From NCBI GenBank assembly GCA_003971905.1, contig RSEE01000008.1, forward strand, positions 310,001-374,000: 64,000 nucleotides of DNA, given 5' to 3'. The number at the start of each line of letters is the position of its first letter. The first letter of the stretch is position 1. A program made the translations under genes and the position numbers. Source of the stretch: Moniliella sp. 'wahieum' (taxonomy: Eukaryota). Shown piece after piece: positions 48,642 through 61,010 of the stretch. The notes under the pieces are model-generated. The model was not told the origin of the DNA, made no database searches, and was given only the letters and a program-made list of their open reading frames with translations.

Positions 48642-50856
48642 ATGCTCGACCACGTTGCTGTCGTCCTCGATGGTACGTAAGATGCACACCATGCCATCCG
48701 CGTCTCTGCAGCGAACTAACCCCTTGACCCAGGCGGGCTCGAGCTCTGGTCTCGCTCTTTCGCCTTCGCCGCTGCCCCCAAGAGGCGGTGGCGGTGGTGA
48801 ACCAGCTGGTGCGGGAAGTGTTTATCGAGGAACGCACTTCCGCTCCCCTGTCTTCCTCTTCGTCCGACCGTGTGGGCCGCTTTGAGGCAGGCCCCTTTGT
48901 GGCGCGTTATCTCCAGGTCAACACGCTGGCCAAGCCACTGCTCTTTGTTGCCGTGCACCAGCGCATGCTTCCGCTCTCCTATGTCGACGCCCTGATGCAT
49001 GACTGGGCCGCGGAGTTTACCCCCTTGGTCCGCGATTTTGTCACCGCCTTCTCCAGGTAGGCACACCTTCTGGATTGGACAAGGCTACTTCTGCCCTTGA
49101 TGGTGGTGAGGTGGGGTCGGCCCTCCCGGCAGAGAAGAGGGAGGCACTTGCTTCCCGTTTGGACGCCGGGGTCCCAAAATTCACTGCGTTGGTCCGGAAA
49201 CACGAACGTTCCTCTCACTCTACCTCAGGGCGAGGCGGTGCTCTCTCTGTGCCCGAGAGCACCGGGGGCACGTCCGTCTCGGGCGAGTCGGACGTGGATA
49301 CGTCCCAAGTTGAGGCCAAACCCCTTACTGCTGAAGAGAAGAAGGAGGCTGCGCTGGCCGCTGTGAGGGCACGTTTGGCCGCATCGGGTTCAGGGAAAAA
49401 AGGGAAAAAGTCGAATGGCTCTCCCGTGTCCTCAGGCGCCAACTCTCCTACCCCGGACAAACAAGGCAAGAAGAAAAAGGGAAAAGGAAAGGAGATGCGC
49501 AAGTGGGATGCCGATGGCCGCTCCGTGGCTGTCAACCAGGACGATTCGGCATTGGATTTCTCTACCTCTTCCGCTAAGGACCCGGAGGCTTCGCAAGCTA
49601 TGGCGGCCGCATTGGTGGATAAGGCGTCGATGGGCCGGACCGACGCCAATGGAATGTACGAGGTGGCTGACTTTGAGGTGAAGGGTAAAGGTGCCTCGAA
49701 ATCGGGATGGATGTCCAAGCTCTCTGCAGGGGGTGGGTCCAATGGTGGAATCCTCTCCCGGCTAAGTGGGGGAGGCGCTGGGACACTCACCAAGGAAGAC
49801 TTGGCCCCAGCTTTGCAAGCTATGCAACAGCAACTCCAGTCCAAGAACGTGGCGGCGGATGTAGCAGCTCGTCTGTGCTCTGGTGCTGAGGCTCGCCTGG
49901 TGGGGCGCCCACGCTCCTCCTGGTGGTCTACTGACGGTGGCGCTGAGAAGATGGTTCGCAACGCCCTGTCCGACTCGATCGCCCGCGTCTTGACTCCTCG
50001 CACTTCAACTGATGTGCTAGCTGAGATCTCGGCTCGTAGGACGGCTCAAGAAGTCAAGGCAGCTGTCGACGCATCTCGTTCGGCCAAAGGTGGAGCCTCC
50101 CAAGTTCATCGTCCTTACACCATTGCTTTTGTGGGGGTAAATGGTGTGGGTAAGTCAACGAACTTGTCCAAGGTCGCGTTTTGGTTGCTGCAGAACCAGC
50201 TTCGTGTGCTCGTCGCGGCTTGCGATACGTTCCGTGCTGGTGCTGTGGAGCAGTTGCGTGTCCATGTCCGCAACCTGGGACAACTCCATGATTCCTCTAC
50301 AGGGGGTGTGACCTCGGTCACTAATGCCGATGGGGCTGAGTCGAGCGAGGGCAAGGACATTGCTCTTTTTGAGGCTGGATATGGGCGGGACGCCGCAGCC
50401 TTGGCTGGGCAAGCGATCGCTGCGGGGGAGAAGGGCGGGTATGACGTGGTGCTTATCGATACGGCCGGACGGATGCAAGACAACGAACCTCTGATGCGCG
50501 CCCTGGCACGGCTGGTCCAGGTAAATAACCCGGATAAGATTCTCTTTGTGGGAGAAGCCTTGACGGGCAACGAAGCGGTCGACCAACTGTCGCGCTTTGA
50601 TGGAGCCCTCAAAGACCTCGGGGGGCGTGGGCTAGATGGGATGATTCTGACCAAGTTCGACACGAGTACGTCTTTTTCTTTGTTTGGCTGTATGGTCTAC
50701 TGACCTTCACTGCTAGTTGACGACAAGGTGGGCGCTACATTGACTGCGACGGCGATTACGGGCTTGCCCATCTATTTCGTCGGTACAGGACAGACATACA
50801 CCGACCTGCGTCAACTGAGGGTAAACGCAATTGTCGACGCTCTGATGCGCGATTGA
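48642..50856 (+). CDS. SRP101: Signal recognition particle receptor alpha subunit
   Basis: MLDH exon, VNQLVREVFIEER longin part, KEMRKWD, FVGVNGVGKSTNLSKVAFWL, ACDTFRAGAVEQL, DTAGRMQD, TKFDT|..DDKVG, GTGQTYTDL. Confidence 0.95.
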
Positions 50857-52468
50857 GCCAGACGACTATCTGCTTTTCTCCATGGTTCTTTCATCTCGCT
50901 ATGCCATCTACTGTAACTACAAAAAATGCAGACCCGCCCTGCGCTTCTTTTTGCCGGACATTGTTAGTGGGTCATTGTTTACATCGCATACGCAGCTGCT
51001 GTGTGCTCCACACTCCACGCCGGCTACCACGTCATTGTCCCCGGCAGGCACTTTTAGTTGTCGATTCACTTTTTTAGCGTAAAACGATTACGATCCGCCA
51101 CCACGTGTGCTATAACGAAAAAAGAGAGAGTCGCTAGTATGCACGGGGGCTTTTGGGGATTTGGCGCGAAGGCTCGCGCAGACGAGAACTCCGACGCACG
51201 CACCGATGTGGCTGAGCTCAGTCTGAGCACTGGATCTGAGCTAGTCCGATAATTGTGGCGCGTTTGAAGGTCTAAGGCCTAAAAGGAAAATAGCATGTTA
51301 TGAGTAGCTTTCAGTTCAGTTTGCCCTCTTTGTTTGGGCGATTCTCGAGCAATCAAGAGGTGCGAGTAGTTGTGAGCGACAAACGCGTACAACTGTGGCT
51401 GCCGGATCTGTTGCATGGTTTGGCAGAGAGACTTGGGTAAGAGTCTGCGCATGCTGATCGCCCTGACACACGCGTGACACCGACACGAACATTGTTTTCC
51501 TAGTCGGTGAGTCGTCCACCACCGTGGGAGCCACCTGCACAGAATGCAGACTGATCCTGGCACTGCTGTGTACGGCCGGCCCAGTGAAGCTTGAAGTCAT
51601 ATTTGGTCACTGCGTACAGTCGCTAATTAATGAAGTCAGTATTCGCTGGTCACTCTGGTCACTATTATAGTCACTAGTTACTGTGACATCTGACGTCGAT
51701 CTGACGAATCATTGGTTCCAGCTGATGTGACTAGTGACTAGTGACTGACGCAGCGCCTCGTCATGGGTACACCATCGACGTCGGCGATGAAACTCAGACG
51801 CAGTTGAACGTGTTGAACGTCTTAGGCTCAGCTGAGCGCGCTCAGCTGAACCGCTGGACGTGGAACAGCCTGGAACAGCCTGTCCAAGCTCAAACGCTCA
51901 GCTCAGCGCCCACACCGAACACAGCCCCCATGGCCATGTCAGGAACGCCGCCGGAGAAAATCGAAACACTTGGCACATACCACTGGCGCGGTGCCTTTCT
52001 CAGCGCGGGTAGGGTTCGGCTGAGCGGCCAAAACACACAAGACAGACCCCGTGCCGGAGCGGGTTTAGAAGAAGTTTGAATCAGATGAGTTGGCACACTT
52101 GTCGCCCACAGAACGAGTGGCGTGGACCGCATACCCATCGATGATGCCGTGCGGCGCCGGAACTCTTCCCGTCTGGCTGGTGGAGGCGTCCGTGCACGTG
52201 TCGTGGCCAATGGAACAGGAGACGGGCGGGGCTTGGGTGCTGGGAGCCCGCCAGTCTTCCTGAGACAAGTCTTTGCTGGATTTTGCACAACACGTTGAGC
52301 TCGACAGCGAGCTGCCGGCTCCAGGGCACTGTGCTAACCAGCCTTTTCCAATCCGTTGGGGCTCAAATTCTGCCCTTTTATTTGGCCTCACTTATCGCCG
52401 GCCGCTGCCCACCCGCTTCTTCGACCTCCCACCAACACTACCACCTCTCCTACTCTTCGACAAAAATC

Positions 52469-54118
52469 ATGGCCCTCGCTCGCAACGCACGCATGACCCA
52501 GATTGAGTGGCTTGCTGGCCTCAACCCCCTCGGTCTGGAGGAGTCCGCGGCCAACCCCAACCAGCGCAAGACTGCCATTGTCTGCACCATTGGCCCCAAG
52601 AGCAACAACGTGCCCACCCTCAAGGCCCTCCGCGATGCAGGCATGAACGTTGTCCGCCTCAACGCCTCGCACGGCACTCACGAGTACTTCCAATCGGTCA
52701 TTGACAACGCGCGCGAGGTTGATGCCAAGTACCCTGGCCGCCCCCTGGCCATTGCGCTCGACACCAAGGGCCCCGAGATGCGCACCGGCATGATGGTCAA
52801 CGGCGAGGACGCCCCCATCGAGGCTGGCCATGTCTTCTACGTTACCACTGACGATGCATACGCCGAGAAGTCAAGCCCCGAATACCTCTACATTGACTAC
52901 AAGAACCTGCCCCAGAAGATCGACGTGGGCAAGAAGATTTTCATTGACGATGGTATTCTTGCGCTTGAGGTGTTGGCGATTGAGTCGTCTACCATGGTCA
53001 AGGTTCGCTCGGTGAACGCCGGTGTCCTTTCGAACAAGAAGGGTGTCAACCTTCCCATGACGGAGATTGACCTCCCCGCTCTGTCGGCCAAAGACGAGGC
53101 CGACATTCGCTTCGCCGTTGCGCAGAACCTGGATTACGTCTTTGCGTCTTTCATTCGCACCCCCGAAGACGTCAAGCACATCCGCAAGGTCCTTGGCGAG
53201 GATGGCGCTCACATCAAAATTATTTCCAAGATCGAGTCTCACCAGGGTGTTCAGAACTTCACTGACATTCTTAAGGAGACTGACGGCATCATGGTCGCTC
53301 GTGGTGATCTTGGTATTGAAATCCCGGCCGAGGCTGTGGCTGTGAGCCAGGTGCGTCTCTCCTTTCCTAACTCACGCACTTCATGCTGACTCCCTGTTTC
53401 CGCCCACTAGAAAATGATGATTGCCCAGTGCAACCTGGCCGGAAAGCCGGTTATCTGCGCCACCCAGATGCTCGAGTCTATGATCAAGAACAACCGCCCC
53501 ACTCGTGCCGAGGTGTCGGATGTGTTCAATGCCGTGCTCGATGGCGCTGACTGTGTCATGCTTTCCGGTGAGACGGCCAAGGGTCTGTACCCCGTGGAAG
53601 CAGTCACCACCATGGCCCAGACCTCTCGCCTGGCCGAGTCGGCGATTGCCTACCCCGCCCTCTTCAACGAAATGCGCCAGGTGGTTCAGACGCCGACCCA
53701 CACCGAGGAGACGGTCGCCATGGCTGCCGTGGCTGCCTCGCTGGAGCAGAACGCTGGTGCGATCCTGCTCATGTCCACCTCGGGTAACACTGCCCGTCTT
53801 GTGGCCAAGTACCGGCCGAAGTGCCCTGTGCTCGTTATTACCCGTAACGAGCAGACCGTTCGTGCTTGCCATCTGTACCGCGGCACCTACCCCTTCCTCT
53901 ACGCCGACACGCGCCCCTCAGCAGGCAAGTGGCAACAGGACGTGGACAACCGCATCAAGTTCGGCTTTGCCCAGGCTCTTGAGCTTGGTATCCTCAAGCC
54001 TGGTGCCACCGTCGTTGCCCTCCAGGGTTGGCGTGCGGGCAAGGGTGCGACCAACTCGATGCGCATCCTCTCCGTCCCCACCCACGAGTCGGGGCTCGAG
54101 CTCGAGGCGGCACACTAA
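52469..54118 (+). CDS. CDC19: Pyruvate kinase
   Basis: [41 protein letters not shown]. Intron 53351..53410, then [34 protein letters not shown]. Confidence 0.98.
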
Positions 54119-55380
54119 TTTTTCCCTTGATTCTCATGGCAACGTCTCCTATCATGTTACCCATCTCTCTCTTTGTCACTCGTCTTTTGAATGCCTTGAT
54201 TATGAGTTACAAGAGTCGGCTCATTGGTAGACGCAAGAACCATAGTTGACTCGACGTCATGGGAAGGTCAAACTAGAACCAAGGTACGTGCTCTGTGCGC
54301 ATGCTACCTCCTTTCGACCAAGCGTGGGAACATTTATGTGTTGGGGATACCTCTTAAATTGCAATAGATTCCTGAAGTGGTGGGCATTCCCAGCGGCCAT
54401 TGAGGAGGCCGGAGGCTGTCCAACGTCTGAATGAATTGATGGCTAACTCTGTTTCATAAGTAGTAGCAGTAGCATTTGCAAAGCCAAGACAAAGACGAAG
54501 AAATGTTGCGCCTAATGGCTCGCTCATCCTGCCCGTCCTGTCAGCTCGTGCGACCCCAATCAAGAAGCCAATGGTATCGACATCCGGTCAGGGCGCAATG
54601 GCTTCTCCGCCGGGCCTTTGCCGGGCATAAGTTTCCAAAGCGGATGTAGCCTGATGTCGCGAGTGTTGGATACGAATTAGTGTTATGGATGTGTGAACGT
54701 CGATGACCCATCTCTCCACAATGAGCTTTTTTGGCAAAAGAAGTTCCTTCCAGTGCCCAAACTTCTTCGCAATCCTGTCTGAGGAAGACCGACGGACTTC
54801 TGCTTCAAAGGGGGTTTACAGTCACTACGAAAAAACGTGATCTATTCTCTTTCCGTTGTTGCATCAAGAGGGAAGATAGCCTAAGTCTTATGAATGTCCA
54901 TAATCGTCACTTGAGAGAGGGTTAAGGATACTCACCAACAGCTGGTGCGTATCTGGGCTCATACAGTTCCTTAAGCGGCCCCCTGGACGAAGAGACTGGA
55001 CGAGGAGGACGAGGTGATGGAAAAGATGGCGCCCCTTTCCTTCGGTCAGATTTTCTGACTAGAGGGTCAAGTATCCCCGTCAAAGTGGGTGCAGGTCAAG
55101 CTGTGGAAAGAGACGCATGTCTTCCCCCGACTAAACCCCCATTTTAATCTGGGGCCCCTCCTCCCCAGGATCCAAAAAGCCCATAATAGTTCAACAATCC
55201 AAATTTCCATCCCGTCGCATGCTTCCAAGAAGGGGGTGGCATCCTCGCTAGGACCTCAATATGGAGGTAATCATTACCACATCTCTGTGGCCATCATATC
55301 CTAATCTTTGAGTCTGTTTCCCACGCGTCATCGCAGTAGTAGATGTATGCATATCCTTGAGCTTGGCATCAGGACTCGTT

Positions 55381-56535
55381 CTATAGAGCCCGGCGCTCGG
55401 CAACCTTGATCAGGTCGGCCACAACGCCCATGGCGGTCACGTCGGCACCAGCACCAGCACCTTGGACAAGCAAAGGACGGACAGGGTAGCGCTTAGTAGT
55501 AAAGGAGACAATGTTGTCGCTCCCCCCCAGCGAGGCGGCGAAAGGGTGGGTAGCATCGTACTTCTCCAAACTGGCCTTGACCTCTCCCGATTGAGCATCA
55601 ATCACTCCAACGTAGCGCCAGACTTTACCTTCTTTCTTGGCCTCCTCACGCAGCGCCGCCAGCTCATCGTCGAATTCGGCCAACTTGGCAATGTAATCGT
55701 CGCCATCCGCCACCTTGCCTTCTTTTTCCAGGGCGGCGAGCTTGTCGGGGGTAAGCGATTTGGTCGGCACAGAGGCAAATCCCTCAGGAAGAGGAGCAGC
55801 CTTGGCCACAGTGGGGACCAGGCGGGACAAGATGGTCAACTTGCGAGCTACATCCGAGCCTGACAAGTCATCGCCAGGGTACGGTTCGGTGTACCCGTTC
55901 TTCTTAGCTACCGCCACCACCTCGGAGAACTTTGCAGTGCTGTTGAGCGAAGATGGGCACCACACATTGAAGATGTACGACAGGGTACCAGAAAAGACAC
56001 CCTCAATCTTGTGGATCTCATCACCAGTGGCAACCAGGTCCTTCAGCGTTGAAATGATTGGCAAGCCGGCGCCCACCGTGCTCTCCAGCTGAATCAGTGG
56101 CCCCTGGGCTCCGGCCGTGTCCTCGAGCGCCTTTAGGATATCATCAAACAAACTCTTGGGACCCGAGTAGGCCTTCTTGTTGGGCGTTACAACGCTGAAT
56201 CCAGCCCGGATGAAGAGGGGGTAAGCGGAGGCGATGGCATCGTTCGAGGTGTTGTCGACCACGACCGTGTGCTTGCCGCCGGCTCGGGAGGCAAGGAGCT
56301 CGATCAGCTGCGATGGGGCCGGGGCGGTGGTGGTAGAAGCGGCGAGCTGGGAAGGCCAGTCGGGTCCAAGCGGGCCCGAGGGCAAGAGCAGCTTGCGCGA
56401 ATTCTGCACACTTACAATCCGCAGTGCCTGGGCCAGGATGGGAGAGCTGGTGATCTGTGCTATCACCGCGCTGCCAACCAGGCCAGCACCGACGATGGCA
56501 ACATTGACGTTTCCGCTGAAGCTCGGGGCAGCCAT
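55381..56535 (-). CDS. HOM6: Homoserine dehydrogenase
   Basis: VGAGLVG, VDNTS, VVTPNKK, ESTVGAGLP, IEGVFSGTLSY, GYTEP.P.DDLSG.DVARK, GAGAGADVTA. Confidence 0.96.
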   Translation of the reverse strand: MAAPSFSGNVNVAIVGAGLVGSAVIAQITSSPILAQALRIVSVQNSRKLLLPSGPLGPDWPSQLAASTTTAPAPSQLIELLASRAGGKHTVVVDNTSNDAIASAYPLFIRAGFSVVTPNKKAYSGPKSLFDDILKALEDTAGAQGPLIQLESTVGAGLPIISTLKDLVATGDEIHKIEGVFSGTLSYIFNVWCPSSLNSTAKFSEVVAVAKKNGYTEPYPGDDLSGSDVARKLTILSRLVPTVAKAAPLPEGFASVPTKSLTPDKLAALEKEGKVADGDDYIAKLAEFDDELAALREEAKKEGKVWRYVGVIDAQSGEVKASLEKYDATHPFAASLGGSDNIVSFTTKRYPVRPLLVQGAGAGADVTAMGVVADLIKVAERRAL

Positions 56536-57223
56536 GGGGAGATAGAAAGGGGGGGGAGGAGAAGGAGGAGGAGGTGGTGGTAGTGAGGCTGTCACGAAGT
56601 GCAGTCGAGGCGGGGAGAGGCAGGCAGCCCACGAAGGCGATTTTTTCTCCGTCCTATATATACAGCACGTGCACGGTCTCCGCTGGAAGGCGTGCGAGCT
56701 TGCGCTTGAACAACAGCAGCAGCTTGAGGTTAAAAGTTACAAGGCGGATCTGTCGGGGGAGGGGGCTGACGTAAGGCCTTGGTAGGCTGGGTTCGTGGAG
56801 CGGCGTAATCGCGTAATCAGTTCCAACGCATGCAGTGCTCTGAGATGATTCAGGTTTCAACGCGTAATTATATTCGCCTCAGTTGGTGGATGCCGATGAT
56901 CGATGGCATGGTATCGTGCCACTTGCCTGTAGTTACGCCCGGACGGGCCAGCGGAGGCGAGCAGGCGTGGAGTACGTCGAGTGCAACACACCCTGGTTAC
57001 GTCAGCCGTTGCACGAGCACACTGCCCCCCCCCCCCCGTCCCCTCCCCGGTCGGCAGGTGCAACAGGGTTGGTTGCAGCCGGCCACGCCACAAGCGCCTC
57101 ACGTCCCTCAAGTCTGCTCCCGCTTCTTTCCCCTCTCCCCCACCACCAAGACTCTCTTCCCTGCGCCCCGCCTCCACACCTGCCGTCGACAGACCGCGCA
57201 GAGACCGACTCTTGCCCGCTCAT

Positions 57224-57668
57224 ATGAACATCGAAAACCTCCAGCGCTACGACCCCTTTGCCGACGTCGGCGAGGAACCCCCGGCTCCCAAGTCGTCTGC
57301 TCCTCAGGAGGCTACCAAGCACAAGTCCAAGACCACTGTTGATGGCTACATCCACATTCGTGTTCAGCAGCGCAATGGCCGCAAGACGCTCACCACTCTC
57401 CAGGGTCTGCCCAAAGGTATGCTTCCTCTCGCTCCTTCTCTCCCTCGTTCCAAATGGTTTGTACTGACAATTATTGACAACAGAGTACGACCCCAAGAAG
57501 CTCATCAAGGCGTTCAAGAAGGAGTTCGCCTGCAATGGTACGGTTGTCGATGATGTTGAGGCCGGCCAGGTAATCCAATTGCAGGGCGACCAGCGTCAGA
57601 AGATTGCTGCCTTCCTCTCGGAGGAAGTCGGCATTCCCAAGGCGACCATTAAGGTCCACGGTTTCTGA
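57224..57668 (+). CDS. SUI1: Translation initiation factor eIF1
   Basis: MNIENL..YDPFAD, YIHIRVQQRNGRKTLTTLQG. Intron 57417..57483, then KKEFACNG..IQLQGDQR..IKVHGF*. Confidence 0.97.
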
Positions 57669-58654
57669 GCTCATCGGTATGAGCTTACGGGCAGTTTCTG
57701 CTGGGCACTTTTCGTAGCACCTGGGTCTGTTGTGGCCCCGGTGCTTGTCGGAAATGAGAGTGCATAAAGTCGACGTTGGCCCATGGGCTCTGTAGCCCAC
57801 CTGTATGGTGGCGCTCAGTGGCACTCCCGTACCAATTTGTTGGGTCTCGATCAGTGTTGCTTGCTACAGAGCGAACACTGTTTCCCCCTTGGCAGTATCT
57901 CCAGTGGCCTGAGCCTCTGGTGGATGAAGCCTCATGGCATCGTGGTGTATACCCAGCAGCCCGTTCCAATTGGATAGTTTGTCGCGAGGCTTTGAAGCTT
58001 GGAGGGTGTGATGCGATGATAGGCGACGTGCATATATAGCCCACGTACACTGGCAGGGGCGGGGACGTTTGGAGAGGCGGCACATTCGCTAGGAGGAGGG
58101 AATAGACACGGAGGGGACGCTCATCTGCGTTGGCTGCTGATCATTTTGAGGCCAAGAGGCTCTAAGCTAGCAGGGGTCAGTAGGAGTTTGGTCTCCAGGA
58201 GTGACGGTGACTAGTGAAGCTAGTGAAGCTTGAAGCTTGAAGCTTGAAGCTAGCTTTACGCGCTTTACGCTTGAAGCTCTGGAAGTGACGAGTGACTAGT
58301 GACTGGAAGGCACATCGAGACAATAACAGCGACCAGCAGCGGCTGCCGGGCTACGCTCACCGTGGGCGCGAGCCGCGCGGAGCTCAGCCCGAGCAGTGGC
58401 GGGTGACGCGGTGACGTCACGCGTGATGGTGACCCAGCGAACAGCACCGGGCGGAATGACGCGCGAAGAAGCTTGAGCTGGACGCGCCTGGCGGCGGAAT
58501 GCGGCAAGGGAGCACAGGGCGAGTGGGTGGACAAAAATTGCTGTGGGCGAGATGAAAGGGATGACTGAAATGATAGTTTGAGAAGCTGCCGGCGCCTTCG
58601 CTTCGCCGCTCCTCTCGCCCCGCTCTTCTGCGCCGCCACCCTCCCACGACCGAT

Positions 58655-59763
58655 ATGGCAGCTCCCGCATCGCCCTTCCCGGACCTCCATACGCCTGGCT
58701 CTGCCCTGGAGAGCCTCTTGCTGAGCAGCTCCATCTTCCGCCCCAGTCTGACCGCCTGAACGCGGACGAGGGTGCAAACGCTCCCTATGGGTTCTTCACC
58801 CCGGTCATCGAAGCCGCCGGGCGTCTGCACGCGGCCCGCAAGCACCTCGACTTGCCCAACCCAGGCTCCGTTGAACACCTCCAGCGCGAGGTCAAGGCTA
58901 CGCACCTGACCAACCACTCTTTGACGGCGCACGCGCTGACTTGACCAAGGTGTTTTCCGTTAACCCTGTCTTCCAAGTTACCCATGCCTTCCATGCCCAA
59001 CGCCCCCAACCCGCCGAGCTACAACTTTGGCGCGGTCTTGGGTGACAGCCGCCACTTCCTTCAGGGTGGCGTTGATGATTCGGGTTCGGTAACTATGCGC
59101 GCGAACCGTGGCTGGGGCTTTGGTCACATTTCCAAGATCCAGGCCCAGCTGGTAAGCGGCTCAGGGTCGTTTGTGCAACTCGAGCACGACTACCAAGGCT
59201 CGGACCACAACCTGAATCTCAAGGCGCTCAACCCTTCGATCAACAATGGCACCGGTTTTCATGGGAAGCTACCTGCAATCCCTTACCCGCAACTTTGCCT
59301 TTGGCTTGGGACCGTCGTACAACGGCCTTCGCCTGAAGTCCAGGAGGCCACTACGGGCTACCACGCCAAGCTCACTGGTGACAGAAAGGACAGGAACTGG
59401 ATTGCTACCGTTTCGGCCCAAGGAATGGGGGTGCAAGCCTCCTATTGGCAGAAACTTGCGGAACGGGTGGATGTGGCGGCGGACTTGTTGCTGCTTGCAG
59501 TGGGCCCCAAGCGCGAAGGCGACGGCAACTCTCGGTGCAAGGGGACTTCCACATGTCCACCCTCGGACCCAGATTGACTCGACTGGCAAGCTCGCGACCC
59601 AAATCGAACAGCGTCTTGCCCCCACCTTCTCCTTCACCGTGGGCGGAGAGATTGACCCATGCAAGGGCGCCTCGCGCTTTTTGGTGTGGGTCTTAACATT
59701 GAGTCGGGTACCGAGATTGACCCGACCACTGTGCCGCCGACCCCCCCTTCGCTCCCGCTATAA
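58655..59763 (+). CDS. TOM40: Mitochondrial import channel Tom40 (many frameshifts)
   Basis: LDLPNPGSVEHLQREVK, YNFGA, LQGGVD, QLEHDYQG, GSYLQSLT, ASYWQKL, QIDSTGK, FTVGGEID spread over several frames. Confidence 0.9.
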
Positions 59764-60903
59764 CGGCTGCCTGGTGGGGGATAGGAGGATCAAAAATGCC
59801 ACGACACTACTGTTGTGTTTTGCTCGGCCTTGCTCAGCGCTCATGGCCAAGCGCCTACTCTCCTTCCTCACGCCGCTTCTATCTTGTGCCATCACGCTCG
59901 GTACTGTATTTGCCTCTGCATCCTTTGCATTTATACACCACCACTTCTCAACTTTTCCATTAAGTTGGGCTCCGTAGTAACTTTGGAAAAGACAGTGGAT
60001 TGGCGTACTTCAGCAGATGGTACAAATTGATGCTCACTCTGGCTCACCAGGGTGAGATGCACAAATGTGGACCATGTGAATTCAGCTATTCATCATTCAG
60101 CATTCGCTAATCCCGCTGACGCACTGACGAGGAGAGGGGATATGTCTGTCATCAAAGGGGCATCAACGTCATCAACGGTCAATTGGGTTAGTGCAAATAA
60201 AGAGGAGGCTTAATGAGCTTAATGGTCGCGATGATGATTGCATCCTCAAGAGTCTCTCAAGTCTCAAGTCTCAAGCTTCAAGTCACTACTAGTCAACGGG
60301 GGTCAACAGGATGTGAGAACGCATGGCGTGCAACGGCTAAAGCGTTGAAGCTTGAAGCTTGAAGTGTGAGCGAAATTTACCTCCTGTGGTTGGGATGGAG
60401 ATAATGCCGCTCTTAAGCAATGTACAACCTTCCGACCGCTCGGAACACCTCACTGCTCGTGCGCTGCTGACTGATTCTTCCGCCCTTCAAGAAAAAGAAC
60501 GACAAGAATGAGAGACGACGAGGGGCGTGCGATGAACGTGATGAACGCTGGATTGATGCTTCCGGAGGCCTATCCTCGGAAGAGGCTGGTGTGTGGCCCC
60601 ATAGCGACCTCGCAGCAATGCTGGGACATCTGTGTATACCGGGGCGAGTCCCACGGGTACTTTTGATGCAGACGGGAGAACAGAAGTGTCACCGACGAAC
60701 CACGGCTGGTTGTCGGTGATGTATGCAAGCTTGAAGCTTGAAGCATGATGCAGATGATCGATGATGCATGGTGGACATACACGACATCATGCATCATGCT
60801 TCACATGATCACCCTAATCGGTGCAGAACCCGTGTTCCGAGGCGCGCAAGAGGAGACTGGCGCTGTGCAGTCTCGCCATGCGCGCTGGCCTAGGGTTGGG
60901 TGG

Positions 60904-60913
60904 ACGCGACGCG
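60904..60913 (+). promoter_or_regulatory. Tandem MCB-like (ACGCG) elements upstream of ORC1
   Basis: ACGCGACGCG about 100 bp upstream of the ORC1 ATG; typical of G1/S replication genes, but the genome is GC-rich. Confidence 0.35.
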
Positions 60914-61010
60914 CTGCGCCCGAAATTGCCAAGCGCTCGCTCGATTTCGGAACGGCCGGATCATCAATCTGTTGACGACCCACCACCGACCTCCCTCCTT
61001 GTCCTCGGCC

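Noticed and set aside
58655..59763. TOM40, ORC1 and others as pseudogenes or programmed frameshifts
   Set aside because: Essential genes with intact motifs and no slippery heptamers; indel error is more parsimonious.
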